Assembly: GCA_035626395.1 (NCBI GenBank)
Contig: DASPNR010000007.1
Span: 293,012 to 357,011, forward strand
Direction: 5' to 3'
Source of the DNA: Candidatus Limnocylindrales bacterium
GTDB taxonomy: Bacteria > Desulfobacterota > Binatia > UBA1149 > CAITLU01
Length of the DNA: 64,000 nt
A program made the position numbers and the translations under genes. Below are positions 16,501 to 25,911 of this stretch, piece by piece. The notes under the pieces were generated by a model. The model did not search any database, was not told the origin of the DNA, and worked only from the letters and a program-made list of their open reading frames with translations. The first letter of the stretch is position 1; every line of letters starts with the position of its first letter.

Positions 16501-19107
16501 CTAGGCCGCCTCGGCCAGCGTCGTGCGGAAGCTGAGCTTCCTGCCGCCGTCGCCTCGGTCGACTTCGACTTCCATGCCGTCGCGGATCTCGCCGGCCACG
16601 ATCCGGCGGGCGAGCTCGTTCTCGATCTCGCGCTGGATCGTGCGCTTCAGCGGACGCGCGCCGAAGGTCGGGTCGTAGCCGACCTCCGCGATGTAGTCGC
16701 GTGCGGCGTCGGTCAGCCGCAGGTGGATGTTGCGCGATTCCAGGCGCGCCTGCAGGCGTGCCACCTGCAGGTCGACGATCCTGCGCAGCTCCTCGCGCGT
16801 CAGCCCGTGGAAGACCACGATCTCGTCGAGGCGGTTGAGGAACTCGGGCCGGAACTCGTGCTGCAACAGCGCCAGCACCTCGGCCTTCATGCGCTCGTAC
16901 ACCTCCGGATCGCCTGCGCCGCGGTAGGCGAGGATCTCCTGGCTGCCGATGTTCGAGGTCATCAGGATCACGGTGTTCGTGAACACCACGGTGCGGCCCT
17001 GGCCGTCGGTCAGGCGCCCGTCGTCGAGCACCTGCAGCAGCGTGTTGAAGACGTCGCGGTGCGCCTTCTCGATCTCGTCGAGCAGGACCACCGTGTAAGG
17101 ACGCCTCCGCACGGCCTCGGTGAGCTGACCGCCCTCTTCGTATCCGACGTATCCCGGCGGCGCGCCGATCAGGCGCGAGACCGAGTGCTTCTCCATGTAC
17201 TCGGACATGTCGATGCGCACCATCGCGTGCTCGTCGTCGAACAGCTCGGCGGCCAGCGCCCGCGCGAGCTCGGTCTTGCCGACGCCGGTGGGGCCGAGGA
17301 ACAGGAACGAGCCGAGCGGACGGTTGGGGTCCGACAGGCCCGAGCGTGCGCGCACCACCGCGTCGGCGACCGCCTGGACCGCCTCGTCCTGACCGATCAC
17401 CCGTTCGTGCAGCCGCTCGGCCAGGTGGATGAGCCGCTCCGCCTCGCCTTCCATCAGCTTGGACACCGGAATGCGCGTCCAGCGCGAGACGACCTCGGCG
17501 ATGTCGTCCTCCGTGACTTCCTCGCGCACCATGCGCCGGCCCTCGCCGGACAGGCGCGACTCGGCCTCCGCCAGCTGCTTCTCCAGCTCGACCAGGCGCC
17601 CGTACTTGAGCTCGGCTGCCTTGTTCAGGTCGTAGGCCCGCTCGGCCTGCGTGATCTGATTGCGGACCTCCTCGATCTGGCTCTTGAGCTCGCCGAGCTT
17701 CTGGCTCTGCTGGCGCTCCACGTCCCACTCGGCCTTGAGCTCGTCGTGCCTGGAGCGGATCTCCGCGATCTCCTTTTCGAGCTTCTCCAGGCGCTGCTTG
17801 GACGCAGTATCCGTCTCCCGCCGCAGCGCCTCGCGCTCGATCTCCAGCTGCATCACGCGACGAGAAACCTCGTCCAGCTCCACCGGCAGGGAGTCCATCT
17901 CCGTGCGCAGCCGCGCAGCAGCCTCGTCCATGAGGTCGATCGCCTTGTCGGGAAGGAAGCGGTCGGTGATGTACCGGTCCGACAGCACCGCAGCCGTCAC
18001 CAGCGCAGAGTCCTTGATGCGCACGCCGTGATGGATCTCGTACCGCTCCTTGAGGCCGCGCAGGATCGAGATCGTGTCCGCCACCGATGGCGGCGCCACG
18101 ATCACGGGCTGGAAGCGGCGCTCGAGCGCAGCGTCCTTCTCCACGTACTTGCGATACTCGGACAGCGTGGTGGCGCCGATGCAGTGCAGCTCGCCACGCG
18201 CCAGCATCGGCTTGAGCAGGTTGCTGGCATCCATCGAGCCCTCGGAGGCGCCAGCGCCGACGACAGTGTGCAGCTCGTCGATGAAAAGCACGATCTGCCC
18301 CTCGGCCTCCACCACCGCCTTGAGCACGGCCTTGAGGCGCTCCTCGAATTCGCCGCGGAACTTGGCGCCGGCGATCAGCGCGCCCATGTCGAGCGCGACC
18401 ACCTTGCGATTCTTCAGCCCCTCGGGAACGTCGCCGGCGACGATCCGGCGCGCCAGCCCTTCGACGATCGCCGTCTTGCCGACGCCGGGCTCGCCGATCA
18501 GTACAGGGTTGTTCTTGGTGCGGCGCGACAGCACCTCGATCGTGCGTCGGATCTCTTCGTCGCGGCCGATGACGGGGTCGAGCTTGCCCGCCGATGCCAT
18601 GGCGGTAAGGTCGCGGCCGTACTTCTCGAGCGCATCCATCGTCGCTTCGGGATTCTCCGACTGCACGCTGGAGCCCTGGCGCAGGTCGCGCACGATCTTC
18701 TCGACCTCGACGGAGTTGATGCCCGACTCCTGCAGGATTTTGCCTGCATCGCCTTTGTCCGCGATGAGCGCGAGCAGCAGATGCTCGACGCTGACGTAGG
18801 CGTCGCCGAAGCCTTCCATGACGCGTCCCGCTTCGCGCAGGACCTTGGCGAAGCGCGCGCTGGCGTGCAGGTCGGACGCTGCGCCCGAGGACGTGGGCAG
18901 CCGCGTCAGCGCCTGCTCGACGCGTGCCTTGATCGCCGACGGCTCACGGCCGAGCCGTCGAATGATGGTGGGGACGAGGCCATCGCTCTGCGTGACCAAA
19001 GCCAGCAGCAGGTGCTCCGGCTCCAGCGTGGTGTTGTTCCGATCGAGCGCCAGCCCCTGGGCCTCCGAAAGGGCCGCGCGTGTCTTCTCGGTGTAGTTCT
19101 TTTCCAT
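16501..19107 (-). CDS. clpB: ATP-dependent chaperone ClpB
   Basis: The 868-aa protein has two AAA+ modules and a middle coiled coil. The N-terminus reads [16 protein letters not shown]. Confidence 0.95.
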   Translation of the reverse strand: MEKNYTEKTRAALSEAQGLALDRNNTTLEPEHLLLALVTQSDGLVPTIIRRLGREPSAIKARVEQALTRLPTSSGAASDLHASARFAKVLREAGRVMEGFGDAYVSVEHLLLALIADKGDAGKILQESGINSVEVEKIVRDLRQGSSVQSENPEATMDALEKYGRDLTAMASAGKLDPVIGRDEEIRRTIEVLSRRTKNNPVLIGEPGVGKTAIVEGLARRIVAGDVPEGLKNRKVVALDMGALIAGAKFRGEFEERLKAVLKAVVEAEGQIVLFIDELHTVVGAGASEGSMDASNLLKPMLARGELHCIGATTLSEYRKYVEKDAALERRFQPVIVAPPSVADTISILRGLKERYEIHHGVRIKDSALVTAAVLSDRYITDRFLPDKAIDLMDEAAARLRTEMDSLPVELDEVSRRVMQLEIEREALRRETDTASKQRLEKLEKEIAEIRSRHDELKAEWDVERQQSQKLGELKSQIEEVRNQITQAERAYDLNKAAELKYGRLVELEKQLAEAESRLSGEGRRMVREEVTEDDIAEVVSRWTRIPVSKLMEGEAERLIHLAERLHERVIGQDEAVQAVADAVVRARSGLSDPNRPLGSFLFLGPTGVGKTELARALAAELFDDEHAMVRIDMSEYMEKHSVSRLIGAPPGYVGYEEGGQLTEAVRRRPYTVVLLDEIEKAHRDVFNTLLQVLDDGRLTDGQGRTVVFTNTVILMTSNIGSQEILAYRGAGDPEVYERMKAEVLALLQHEFRPEFLNRLDEIVVFHGLTREELRRIVDLQVARLQARLESRNIHLRLTDAARDYIAEVGYDPTFGARPLKRTIQREIENELARRIVAGEIRDGMEVEVDRGDGGRKLSFRTTLAEAA

Positions 19108-19279
19108 GTCGATACCGTCCGGTCTTCTTCTTCATCCCGGCGCGAGCCGTGAGTGCGCGCCATGCTAGGCGCACTGGCCACTTGCCGGTGCTCGTTCTCG
19201 GCCGCGCCAGCGCGCCATCCATCCGCGCCGCGACCTGCCGCGAAGCTAAGCATGATGGCCCTCGGAGCAACCGTGGGGC

Positions 19280-19645
19280 GTGACCGCTGGCCCTGAACAT
19301 ACGCTCTTTCTAAGATGCTGGCTTCGTTCCCGGCCTTCTGGAGACCCATACTTGAAACGAACCGTCGTGCGCGCGGCCCGTCTGGGCATCGGGTCTCTTC
19401 TCGTCCTCGTCGGCGTGATCTCGGGATTCGTTCCAATCCTGCAGGGCTGGATCTTCATCCTGGCCGGGCTTTCCATCATGGCCCCGGAGAGCGAGCGGGC
19501 CCGCAGGGTGCTCGATTGGGCGAAGAAGAAGTTCAAGCGAGGGGATGCCGAGAAGACCGGCGATGAGCAGCCGCCGTCGTCGCGCACGGGCGATGGTGCT
19601 CCGCGCTCATCTGCGCAGGATGCAGAGCAACGGCGCGACGTATAG
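19280..19645 (+). CDS. Small membrane protein, PGPGW-family-like
   Basis: GFVPILQGWIFILAGLSIMAPE resembles the PGPGW motif and is followed by a basic C-terminus. The start may be an upstream TTG. Confidence 0.55.
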   Translation: MTAGPEHTLFLRCWLRSRPSGDPYLKRTVVRAARLGIGSLLVLVGVISGFVPILQGWIFILAGLSIMAPESERARRVLDWAKKKFKRGDAEKTGDEQPPSSRTGDGAPRSSAQDAEQRRDV

Positions 19646-19685
19646 AGGAGAGGCGGCCCCCGGCGGGCGAGGATAAGGAAGTACC

Positions 19686-20009
19686 ATGGACGAGAAGGAT
19701 CGTTTCGGGGACAAGCTGCGCGACAAGCAGAAGGCAGAAGAAGACCGCTTCATCGCCGAGCAGGAGAGGGAAAAGATTGCCCGGTTGCGCGAGCGCCTCG
19801 CCAAGGAGAACGCCCCGCGCGGCCTGTGTCCGCGCGACGCCACTGCGCTGGTGCTGCGCGAGCAGGACGGCGTCACCCTGGACGAATGCCCGACCTGCCG
19901 GGGCCTGTGGATGGATCATGGCGAGCTCGATCAGCTGCTGTCCAAGCGCAAGGACGAGGCGTGGATGACGCGCTGGATCCGTTCGGTGCTGGAGTCGCAG
20001 AAGGGCTGA
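19686..20009 (+). CDS. zf-TFIIB-type zinc-ribbon domain protein
   Basis: The sequence LCPRDATALV...LDECPTCRGLWMDHGELDQL carries the ribbon motif. RBS AGGAAG is present. Confidence 0.6.
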   Translation: MDEKDRFGDKLRDKQKAEEDRFIAEQEREKIARLRERLAKENAPRGLCPRDATALVLREQDGVTLDECPTCRGLWMDHGELDQLLSKRKDEAWMTRWIRSVLESQKG

Positions 20010-20013
20010 GCCC

Positions 20014-20622
20014 GTGTTCACGGGCATCATCGAGGACCTGGGCCGCCTGGCTGCTCGCCAGCCACTGGCGGCCGGCCAGAGGCTGCGCATCGCCACGCAC
20101 CTTTCCACATCCGATTTCCAGCTCGGCGAGAGCATCGCGCTGAGCGGCGCGTGCATGACGGTCGTGGAATGGTCGGCGGGCGAGTTCGCCGTCGACGTCT
20201 CGGCCGAGTCGCTGCGCCGCACCACGCTCGGCGCGCTGGCAGAAGGCGAACCCATCAACATCGAACGGTCGATGAAGCTCGGTGACCGTCTCGGCGGTCA
20301 CATCGTCTCCGGTCACGTCGACGGCACCGGAACGGTCGTGGCGATCCGAGAAGAAGGCGAGTCGGCGATCTTCACGTTCGCCATCGACGAAGGGCTCATG
20401 CCGATGCTCGTCGAGAAGGGGTCGGTCGCCGTCGACGGAATAAGCCTGACCTGCTTCCATTGCGGCACGGACCGTTTCGACGTGGCTGTCATTCCTCACA
20501 CGCGCCAGGTCACCACGCTCGGCGCGCGCCGCGTCGGCGACCGCGTGAACATCGAGACCGACGTTCTCGGCAAGTACGTGGCGCGTCTGGTCGAGGCGTC
20601 GGTGCGGGCGCACACGCGTTGA
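20014..20622 (+). CDS. ribE: Riboflavin synthase alpha subunit
   Basis: MFTGIIE... shows the duplicated lumazine-binding fold. The start codon is GTG. Confidence 0.9.
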   Translation: MFTGIIEDLGRLAARQPLAAGQRLRIATHLSTSDFQLGESIALSGACMTVVEWSAGEFAVDVSAESLRRTTLGALAEGEPINIERSMKLGDRLGGHIVSGHVDGTGTVVAIREEGESAIFTFAIDEGLMPMLVEKGSVAVDGISLTCFHCGTDRFDVAVIPHTRQVTTLGARRVGDRVNIETDVLGKYVARLVEASVRAHTR

Positions 20623-20757
20623 CCCGCCATCGGGCCCTCCCGCCTGCGTGATTTTCTCGCGCCGTCGAATGGCGCGAGAAAAGCCCGCGTCGTCTCTCGT
20701 AGCGCAAGGCGACCTGCTCGTGCAGGGAACCCCCGCTTTGTGCCGGAGGATGCGCCG

Positions 20758-21381
20758 ATGAGAGTGACGCATTGGTTGGGCGCCGTTGCCGGCGCTTTCG
20801 CGATGTCGACCGCAGCCGAGGCCCACGTGCCGGCTGCCCATGCTTCCTGCGCCGGCGCCGGCGGCGACGCGGCGCAGATGCTCGCCCAGACCGCTTCCCC
20901 GCAACCTTCCACGATCGCACCAGGCCAGCTCGGCACTTCGCCGCACGTCCCCGGCCATTTCCCGGGCGCGGGCGGCAGTCCGGGCCGAGCCACCGGCGGC
21001 CCCGGCACCGGCGCCACCGGCGACGGCGGCGTCGCCGGCACCGCGGCATCCGGTGAGCGCGGAGCAACGGGCACTGGCGCAGCAACGAACACGGACGCCG
21101 GCGTCGGTACCGACGCCGGCCCGGGCATGGAGACCGGCGCAGGCGCGGCGCCCGCGTCGGAGGTCGAGGAAGGAAGCCGTCTCGATACCGAGGCCTTCCG
21201 CCCTCGCATCGGCAGCGATGCCGAGCGCGCCGGCACCGGCGGCGCGGGCGGCGCGGGCGTCGAGGCGGATGTGAACAGGCGCGTGTTCGCGCCGAGCGGC
21301 ACCGGCGTCAGCGGCGAGGCTGGAACCGCCGCGCCCGGCGGCGCGGGAACCGCAGCGGGCGGCGCCGCCGCCGGCCGCTGA
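20758..21381 (+). CDS. Secreted Gly/Ala/Thr-rich low-complexity protein
   Basis: GGAGGA RBS precedes the ATG. The signal peptide is MRVTHWLGAVAGAFAMSTAAEA. GC3 is high. Confidence 0.6.
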   Translation: MRVTHWLGAVAGAFAMSTAAEAHVPAAHASCAGAGGDAAQMLAQTASPQPSTIAPGQLGTSPHVPGHFPGAGGSPGRATGGPGTGATGDGGVAGTAASGERGATGTGAATNTDAGVGTDAGPGMETGAGAAPASEVEEGSRLDTEAFRPRIGSDAERAGTGGAGGAGVEADVNRRVFAPSGTGVSGEAGTAAPGGAGTAAGGAAAGR

Positions 21382-21429
21382 TGATCGACTCACGGCGAGG
21401 GAACTCGCCACAACCAGGAGGTAGCAGTC

Positions 21430-21894
21430 ATGAGCAGGATCTCTTTTCGCACGGTCGCCGTCACCGCAGGTCTGATCGTTGCAGCGGGCACCGTGTACGC
21501 CGACGCTCCCAGGCTCGACGATGGCGCGACCGGAGCGCAGCTGGCGCAGACCGGCAGCGGGTCAGGCAAGGCCGGCTCGGCGGCCGGAAGGATGGGAGCG
21601 GGTACGAACACCGACTCGGGAACCAACACCGACAGTGGGACCAACGCCGACGCCGCGCCGGGCGCCGCGGGCAGCGCGCCCGGCCGCTTGGGAACCACGC
21701 CAGGTCAGGCGGGCACGGCGCCTGGAATGGGCGGCACGGCTCCCGGCACGGCCGGCACCGTTCCGCCGGCCGGATCGGGCGCGGGCAGCACTGGCAGCGG
21801 TACCGGCACTGGTACCGGCACGGGCACCGGTACCGGTAGCGGCACTGGCAGCGGCACTGGCAGCGGCACCGGCACTGGCAGCGGCGGTCGCTGA
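21430..21894 (+). CDS. Secreted Gly/Thr/Ser-rich low-complexity protein ending in a (GTGS)n repeat
   Basis: AGGAGG RBS precedes the ATG. The signal peptide is MSRISFRTVAVTAGLIVAAGTVYA. The 3' end is encoded by tandem GGCACYGGY repeats. Confidence 0.65.
   Translation: MSRISFRTVAVTAGLIVAAGTVYADAPRLDDGATGAQLAQTGSGSGKAGSAAGRMGAGTNTDSGTNTDSGTNADAAPGAAGSAPGRLGTTPGQAGTAPGMGGTAPGTAGTVPPAGSGAGSTGSGTGTGTGTGTGTGSGTGSGTGSGTGTGSGGR
21789..21888. repeat. (GGCACYGGY)n microsatellite-like repeat encoding (GTGS)n
   Basis: The unit ggcactggcagcggcactggcagc... is visible directly. Confidence 0.8.
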
Positions 21895-21992
21895 GGATCA
21901 ACGGCCTCGCGTCGACCGCGGCGGCCCTGACGCACGCTGGCGCGTCGCGACGGCCGCATGAAAGCCGGCGCGAACGACGCGCCAAACGACGA

Positions 21993-22028
21993 GGGCGGCG
22001 GCAGTTCATGCCGCCGCCCTTGTCTATC
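21993..22028. terminator. Rho-independent terminator with an 11-bp GC stem (gggcggcggca-gttca-tgccgccgccc) followed by a T-rich run
   Basis: It lies downstream of the G/T-rich gene on + and directly after the ABC1-kinase stop on -. Confidence 0.6.
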
Positions 22029-23367
22029 TGGTCGGCCTCAGCGGCGAGAACGACATGCCGAGGAACGGCATCATCGCCGCCAGCGGATCGACCTTGGAGT
22101 CGAGCGTCTTTCCGATTCCCGACAGCAGCCCCATCACGCGCAGCACGAGCAGAAGATCGGAGGAGGCGCGCACGATCGGATTGGCGCGCAGCGCGCGCAT
22201 CAGCTCGTCGTTGATGCGCTCGACCATCGCCAGGTCGGCGTAGGCCCGTCCCGCACGCAGCGCCTGCCCCAGGAACAGCTCACCGATGGTGACGAAGGTG
22301 TCGTCGCTGCCCGTGCGCGTGCGAAAGCCGAGTTGCCGGAACGCTTCGCCGACGGCGGCTGCATCCTGCGCGATGATCGCGGTGGTCAGGCGGATCAGCC
22401 CGTCGCGCAGCGCCGGCGTGAATTCCTTGGCGAGCCCCAGATCCAGGATCACCAGCACCGGGCCCGCCGTGCCTCGCTGCACCAGCAGATTGCCGGGATG
22501 CGGATCGCCGTGGAAGAAGCCGTGCACGAGGATCTGCCGGATGTACGTGCGCGCCAGCAGCTCGGCGACATGGTGCTTGTCGACGCCGATTCGTTCGAGA
22601 CCGGCAAGGTCGGTGATCTTGACGCCCTCGATATAGTTCATCGTCAGCACCGTGCGCGTGCACAGGGCGGCCACGGGCGTGGGAAACACGACCTGGGGGT
22701 CGTCCGCGAAGTCGGCGCCGAAGCGGCGGGCGTTGGCCGCCTCGTTGACGAAATCGAGCTCGAGCGGAATGTACTTGTAGAGCTCGTCCAGCAGGATGCG
22801 AAAGTCGAACGTCCTTTCGATCCGGGCCAGCAGCCGGATGAAGAACGCGAAGTTGGCGAGATCGGTGGCAATGACGCGCTCGATCCGCGGATACTGGATC
22901 TTGATCGCGACGTCGCTGCCGTCGTGCAGCTTTCCGCGATGCACCTGCGCCAGGGATGCCGATGCCAGCGGCGTCGGCTCGATGTGCGCGTAGCACTGCT
23001 CCAGCGGCCGCCCGAGCTGGGCCTCCAGCCAGGGTCGGATCTCCTCGAACGGCCGCGGCGGCACCCTGTCCTGCAGCTGCGCCAGGATGTCGATGAACTG
23101 GGGCGGAAGAATGTCGGCGCGGCTGCCGGCGAACTGGCACGCCTTGATCAGCAGGCCTTCGAGCCCAAGCGCCGTATCGCGCGCCATCTCCGCCGAGCGC
23201 GTATGCCAGGCATCATAGTAGTCGGGGCGGCTGGATGCGCCGGTGATGGCGCCCCAGGCCTGACGGGCCTTGTATCCGACATAGATGGTTACGACCATGC
23301 GCGCGACGGCGGTGAAGCGCCGCACGCGCGTCGGGAACGGAAGGGAAGGGGAGTCGGTGGGCGACAT
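22024..23367 (-). CDS. ABC1/UbiB-family atypical kinase (AarF domain)
   Basis: Diagnostic UbiB/ABC1 motifs are present (AIKIQYP, HGDPHPGN, DLG). Confidence 0.85.
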   Translation of the reverse strand: MSPTDSPSLPFPTRVRRFTAVARMVVTIYVGYKARQAWGAITGASSRPDYYDAWHTRSAEMARDTALGLEGLLIKACQFAGSRADILPPQFIDILAQLQDRVPPRPFEEIRPWLEAQLGRPLEQCYAHIEPTPLASASLAQVHRGKLHDGSDVAIKIQYPRIERVIATDLANFAFFIRLLARIERTFDFRILLDELYKYIPLELDFVNEAANARRFGADFADDPQVVFPTPVAALCTRTVLTMNYIEGVKITDLAGLERIGVDKHHVAELLARTYIRQILVHGFFHGDPHPGNLLVQRGTAGPVLVILDLGLAKEFTPALRDGLIRLTTAIIAQDAAAVGEAFRQLGFRTRTGSDDTFVTIGELFLGQALRAGRAYADLAMVERINDELMRALRANPIVRASSDLLLVLRVMGLLSGIGKTLDSKVDPLAAMMPFLGMSFSPLRPTR

Positions 23368-23400
23368 GGAACAGGACGAGCTCGCGAGGCGAGCGCCATC

Positions 23401-23565
23401 TCAGCGCGGTGCGGACCTGTTCTCGCGCTCCAGCTCCTCGACGCGTTCGCTCAGTCGCCGCGTAGCCGAGGTCAGCCGCCACGCATAGAGGAAGATGAGG
23501 ACGAAGAAGGCGGCATAGGCTGCACCCACGTAGGGCAGGGCACCGGAGCCGGTAATGGTGTTCAC
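23401..23565 (-). CDS. ccmD: Heme exporter protein D
   Basis: The 54-aa product has a single TM helix and a basic tail. Its GTG start overlaps the ccmC stop in a GTGA arrangement. Confidence 0.6.
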   Translation of the reverse strand: MNTITGSGALPYVGAAYAAFFVLIFLYAWRLTSATRRLSERVEELERENRSAPR

Positions 23566-24266
23566 GACGGGACGCTCCTGCGGTAGGACTCCTCGCTCAG
23601 CAGATTCACGCGCTCGCCCAGCCGCAGCGTGGACACGCACAGCGCCCACAGCCACAGCATCAGCGCGATCTCGGCGGCCATGCTCAGCATCAGCGTCGTG
23701 ACCATGCGCGGATCGGAGATGCCGCCCTGAGGGTTGTTGATGACCTGCGGGTGGATCGTGCGGAACAGGCGCGTTGCCAGCATCACCAGCGGCACGTTGA
23801 GCGCGCCCACGATGCACAGCACGGCTGCGTAGCGCGGGCCCATCTCGTTGTCGCGGGTCAGCGTGCGCAGCAGCAGATAGGAGGCGTAGACGAGCCACAG
23901 CAGAAGGAACGTGGTCAGACGCGAGTCCCACGTCCACCAGGTTCCCCACGCCGTTCGTGCCCAGATCGCGCCGGTGACCAGGACGATGGTGGCGAACAGC
24001 ATTCCGACCGAAACGAACGCGTGCGCGGCGTGGTCCCACACCGGCCTGCGCGTGTACAGATACAGGGCGCTGCCGATGCCGCCGCCGGCAAAGGCGATGA
24101 AGCACGAGGTGGCCGCGGGCACGTGGTAGTAGAAGATGCGCTGGCTCAGGCCCAGGCCCGCGTCGGTCGGAACCCAGAAGAAGATTGCGATCAGCGACAG
24201 CAGGACCAGCGCCAGCACCGGAATCGGCGCGAGCCGAAGCAGCCATCTCTGTATCGCGTCCACCAT
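23562..24266 (-). CDS. ccmC: Heme exporter protein C
   Basis: The WWD motif is present (WGTWWTWDSRLT). The chosen start is the internal ATG (MVDAIQRW), which has a GAGGAA RBS. The upstream ORF extension has low GC3. Confidence 0.85.
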   Translation of the reverse strand: MVDAIQRWLLRLAPIPVLALVLLSLIAIFFWVPTDAGLGLSQRIFYYHVPAATSCFIAFAGGGIGSALYLYTRRPVWDHAAHAFVSVGMLFATIVLVTGAIWARTAWGTWWTWDSRLTTFLLLWLVYASYLLLRTLTRDNEMGPRYAAVLCIVGALNVPLVMLATRLFRTIHPQVINNPQGGISDPRMVTTLMLSMAAEIALMLWLWALCVSTLRLGERVNLLSEESYRRSVPS

Positions 24267-24524
24267 CGTAGTTCCTCTGCGCGCGGCACGGCGCGCGTCC
24301 ACAGTTTTGATTGGGCACGACGAGTAGTCTAGCCGGCTGCCGCTCCGTCTCTTGCGCGTGGCCGGCCTGCTCCTGAGGCGGGCTGTGGCGTCACACTCGA
24401 TGGAGCGACCGCGCAGGTACGTTTCGTCATCTGCGTCGAGCACCGCCGCGGCTGCGCGATCGCCGGCGGCCGCGCGGTCGCGGCGGCGAACGCAGGAAGA
24501 CGCCGGAGGACGCGACGAGTGTAT

Positions 24525-25184
24525 CTAATCGAGCAGGACGAACTCGAAGAGCAGCCAGCCCGAGGTCACGAACAGGATGTCGAAGGCGGCGAGAAGCGTG
24601 GCGCGTGCGCCCAGCGTCAGGATGCCAGCGCCGCCGAGCACCATCTCGGTGGCCTGCACCGCAGCGATCAGCAGCGGCACCTGAAGCGGCAGCACCAGCA
24701 GCGGCAGCACCATTTCGCGTGCCCGCGTGCCGAGCGCGGCAAGCGCGAACAGCGTTCCGGTTGCGGCCAGGCCGACGGTGCCGGCCACCAGCACCAGAAT
24801 CAGGCCCGGCAGGTTGGCGAGCAGGTTGACGCCGAACAGCAGCGCGAACATCGGCAAGAGCAGCGCCTCGAACGCCAGCAGAAGGATGACGTTGACCGCC
24901 AGCTTGCCGAGGAAGATTGAGCCGCGGTCCATCGGCGAGGTCAGGAGGCCTTCGATGCATGCGCCGTCGCGCTCGATCATGAAGCTGCGGCCCAGCGCCA
25001 GCACGGAGGCGAAGACGATGCCGATCCACAGGATGCCGGCAGCCATGCGCTCGATGTCCTGCGGCCGCAGCGCCAGCGAAAAATAGAATACGACCAGGAT
25101 CAGCACGCCCAGCACGAGCAGCGTCGGCAGCGTCTCGCGTGTCCGCGCCTCCAGCACGATGTCCTTCCAGATCAGCGCCAGCAT
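24525..25184 (-). CDS. ccmB: Heme exporter protein B
   Basis: The protein is a polytopic membrane protein of the CcmB family. Confidence 0.8.
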   Translation of the reverse strand: MLALIWKDIVLEARTRETLPTLLVLGVLILVVFYFSLALRPQDIERMAAGILWIGIVFASVLALGRSFMIERDGACIEGLLTSPMDRGSIFLGKLAVNVILLLAFEALLLPMFALLFGVNLLANLPGLILVLVAGTVGLAATGTLFALAALGTRAREMVLPLLVLPLQVPLLIAAVQATEMVLGGAGILTLGARATLLAAFDILFVTSGWLLFEFVLLD

Positions 25185-25191
25185 CGCTCCC

Positions 25192-25911
25192 TCACGTCCC
25201 GGCCATTGCCTGCGAATACCGTAGCGCCATCGTGGCGACGTCGGGAAGCGCGGGTCCGCTGTCCCATGCGATGCGGCCGCGGCTGACGATGACGGCGCGC
25301 GTGGCGGAAGCCAGCGCGCGCTCCAGGTCGTGCGTGGCCATCAGCACCGTGGCGCCGCGGCTGCGCTGCTCGGCCAGGAGCTGCGCGAGCAGTTCCCCGC
25401 CGCTCGGGTCGAGGCCGGTCAGCGGCTCGTCCAGCAGCAGAAGGTCGGGCTCGTGCAGCAGAGCGCGCGCCAGGCCGAGCCGCTGCAGCATTCCGCGCGA
25501 GAACGTCGCGACGCGGCGGTCTGCGAAGCGCTCCAGCCCGACACGCGCCAGCATCGCCTGCGGCCGGTCCGGATCCTCGATGCCGTAGAGCCGGGCGTAG
25601 TAGCGAAGGTTCTCGTGTGGGCTCAGGTCGCGGTACAGCGAGCTTTCGTGGCCGAGATAACCGAGCCGGCGGCGCAGCCGCGCGCCGCCCGGCAGCGCGG
25701 TGCCGAAGACGCGCGCCTCGCCTTCGTTCGCGCGCAGCAGCCCTGCCAGCGTGCGCAGAAGCGTCGTCTTGCCCGCGCCATTGGGGCCGAACAGCGCCAG
25801 CGTCTCGCCGGCGGCAACCGTCAGGTCGAGGCCCCGCAGGATCGGCGTGGCGCCGAAACGGCGCGTCAAGCCGCGAAGCTGCACCGCGGGTGAAGTGGCG
25901 GACGCCGTCAC
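25192..25911 (-). CDS. ccmA: Heme exporter ATP-binding protein
   Basis: Walker A (GPNGAGKTT), the ABC signature and Walker B (LLLLDEP) are present. The start codon is GTG. Confidence 0.85.
   Translation of the reverse strand: MTASATSPAVQLRGLTRRFGATPILRGLDLTVAAGETLALFGPNGAGKTTLLRTLAGLLRANEGEARVFGTALPGGARLRRRLGYLGHESSLYRDLSPHENLRYYARLYGIEDPDRPQAMLARVGLERFADRRVATFSRGMLQRLGLARALLHEPDLLLLDEPLTGLDPSGGELLAQLLAEQRSRGATVLMATHDLERALASATRAVIVSRGRIAWDSGPALPDVATMALRYSQAMAGT

Noticed and set aside
16492-19152. 886-aa plus-strand ORF; also the upstream part of 14897..17728 on the minus strand
   Set aside because: It overlaps clpB in other frames. Only the 3' tail of 14897..17728 (the small secreted protein 14897..15187) has an RBS and a signal peptide.
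19108-19279. Looked for a sigma-32 or CIRCE heat-shock element upstream of clpB
   Set aside because: No convincing CTTGAAA-N13-15-CCCCAT or CIRCE inverted repeat was found by eye. This is left unannotated.
20496-21302. Minus-strand Pro/Ala-rich ORFs overlapping ribE and the G/A-rich gene
   Set aside because: They are antisense to ribE, which is certain. The plus-strand gene has an RBS and a signal peptide.
24267-24443. N-terminal extension of the ccmC ORF
   Set aside because: GC3 is about 65%, far below the coding level of about 85%. The internal ATG has an RBS and gives the canonical CcmC length.
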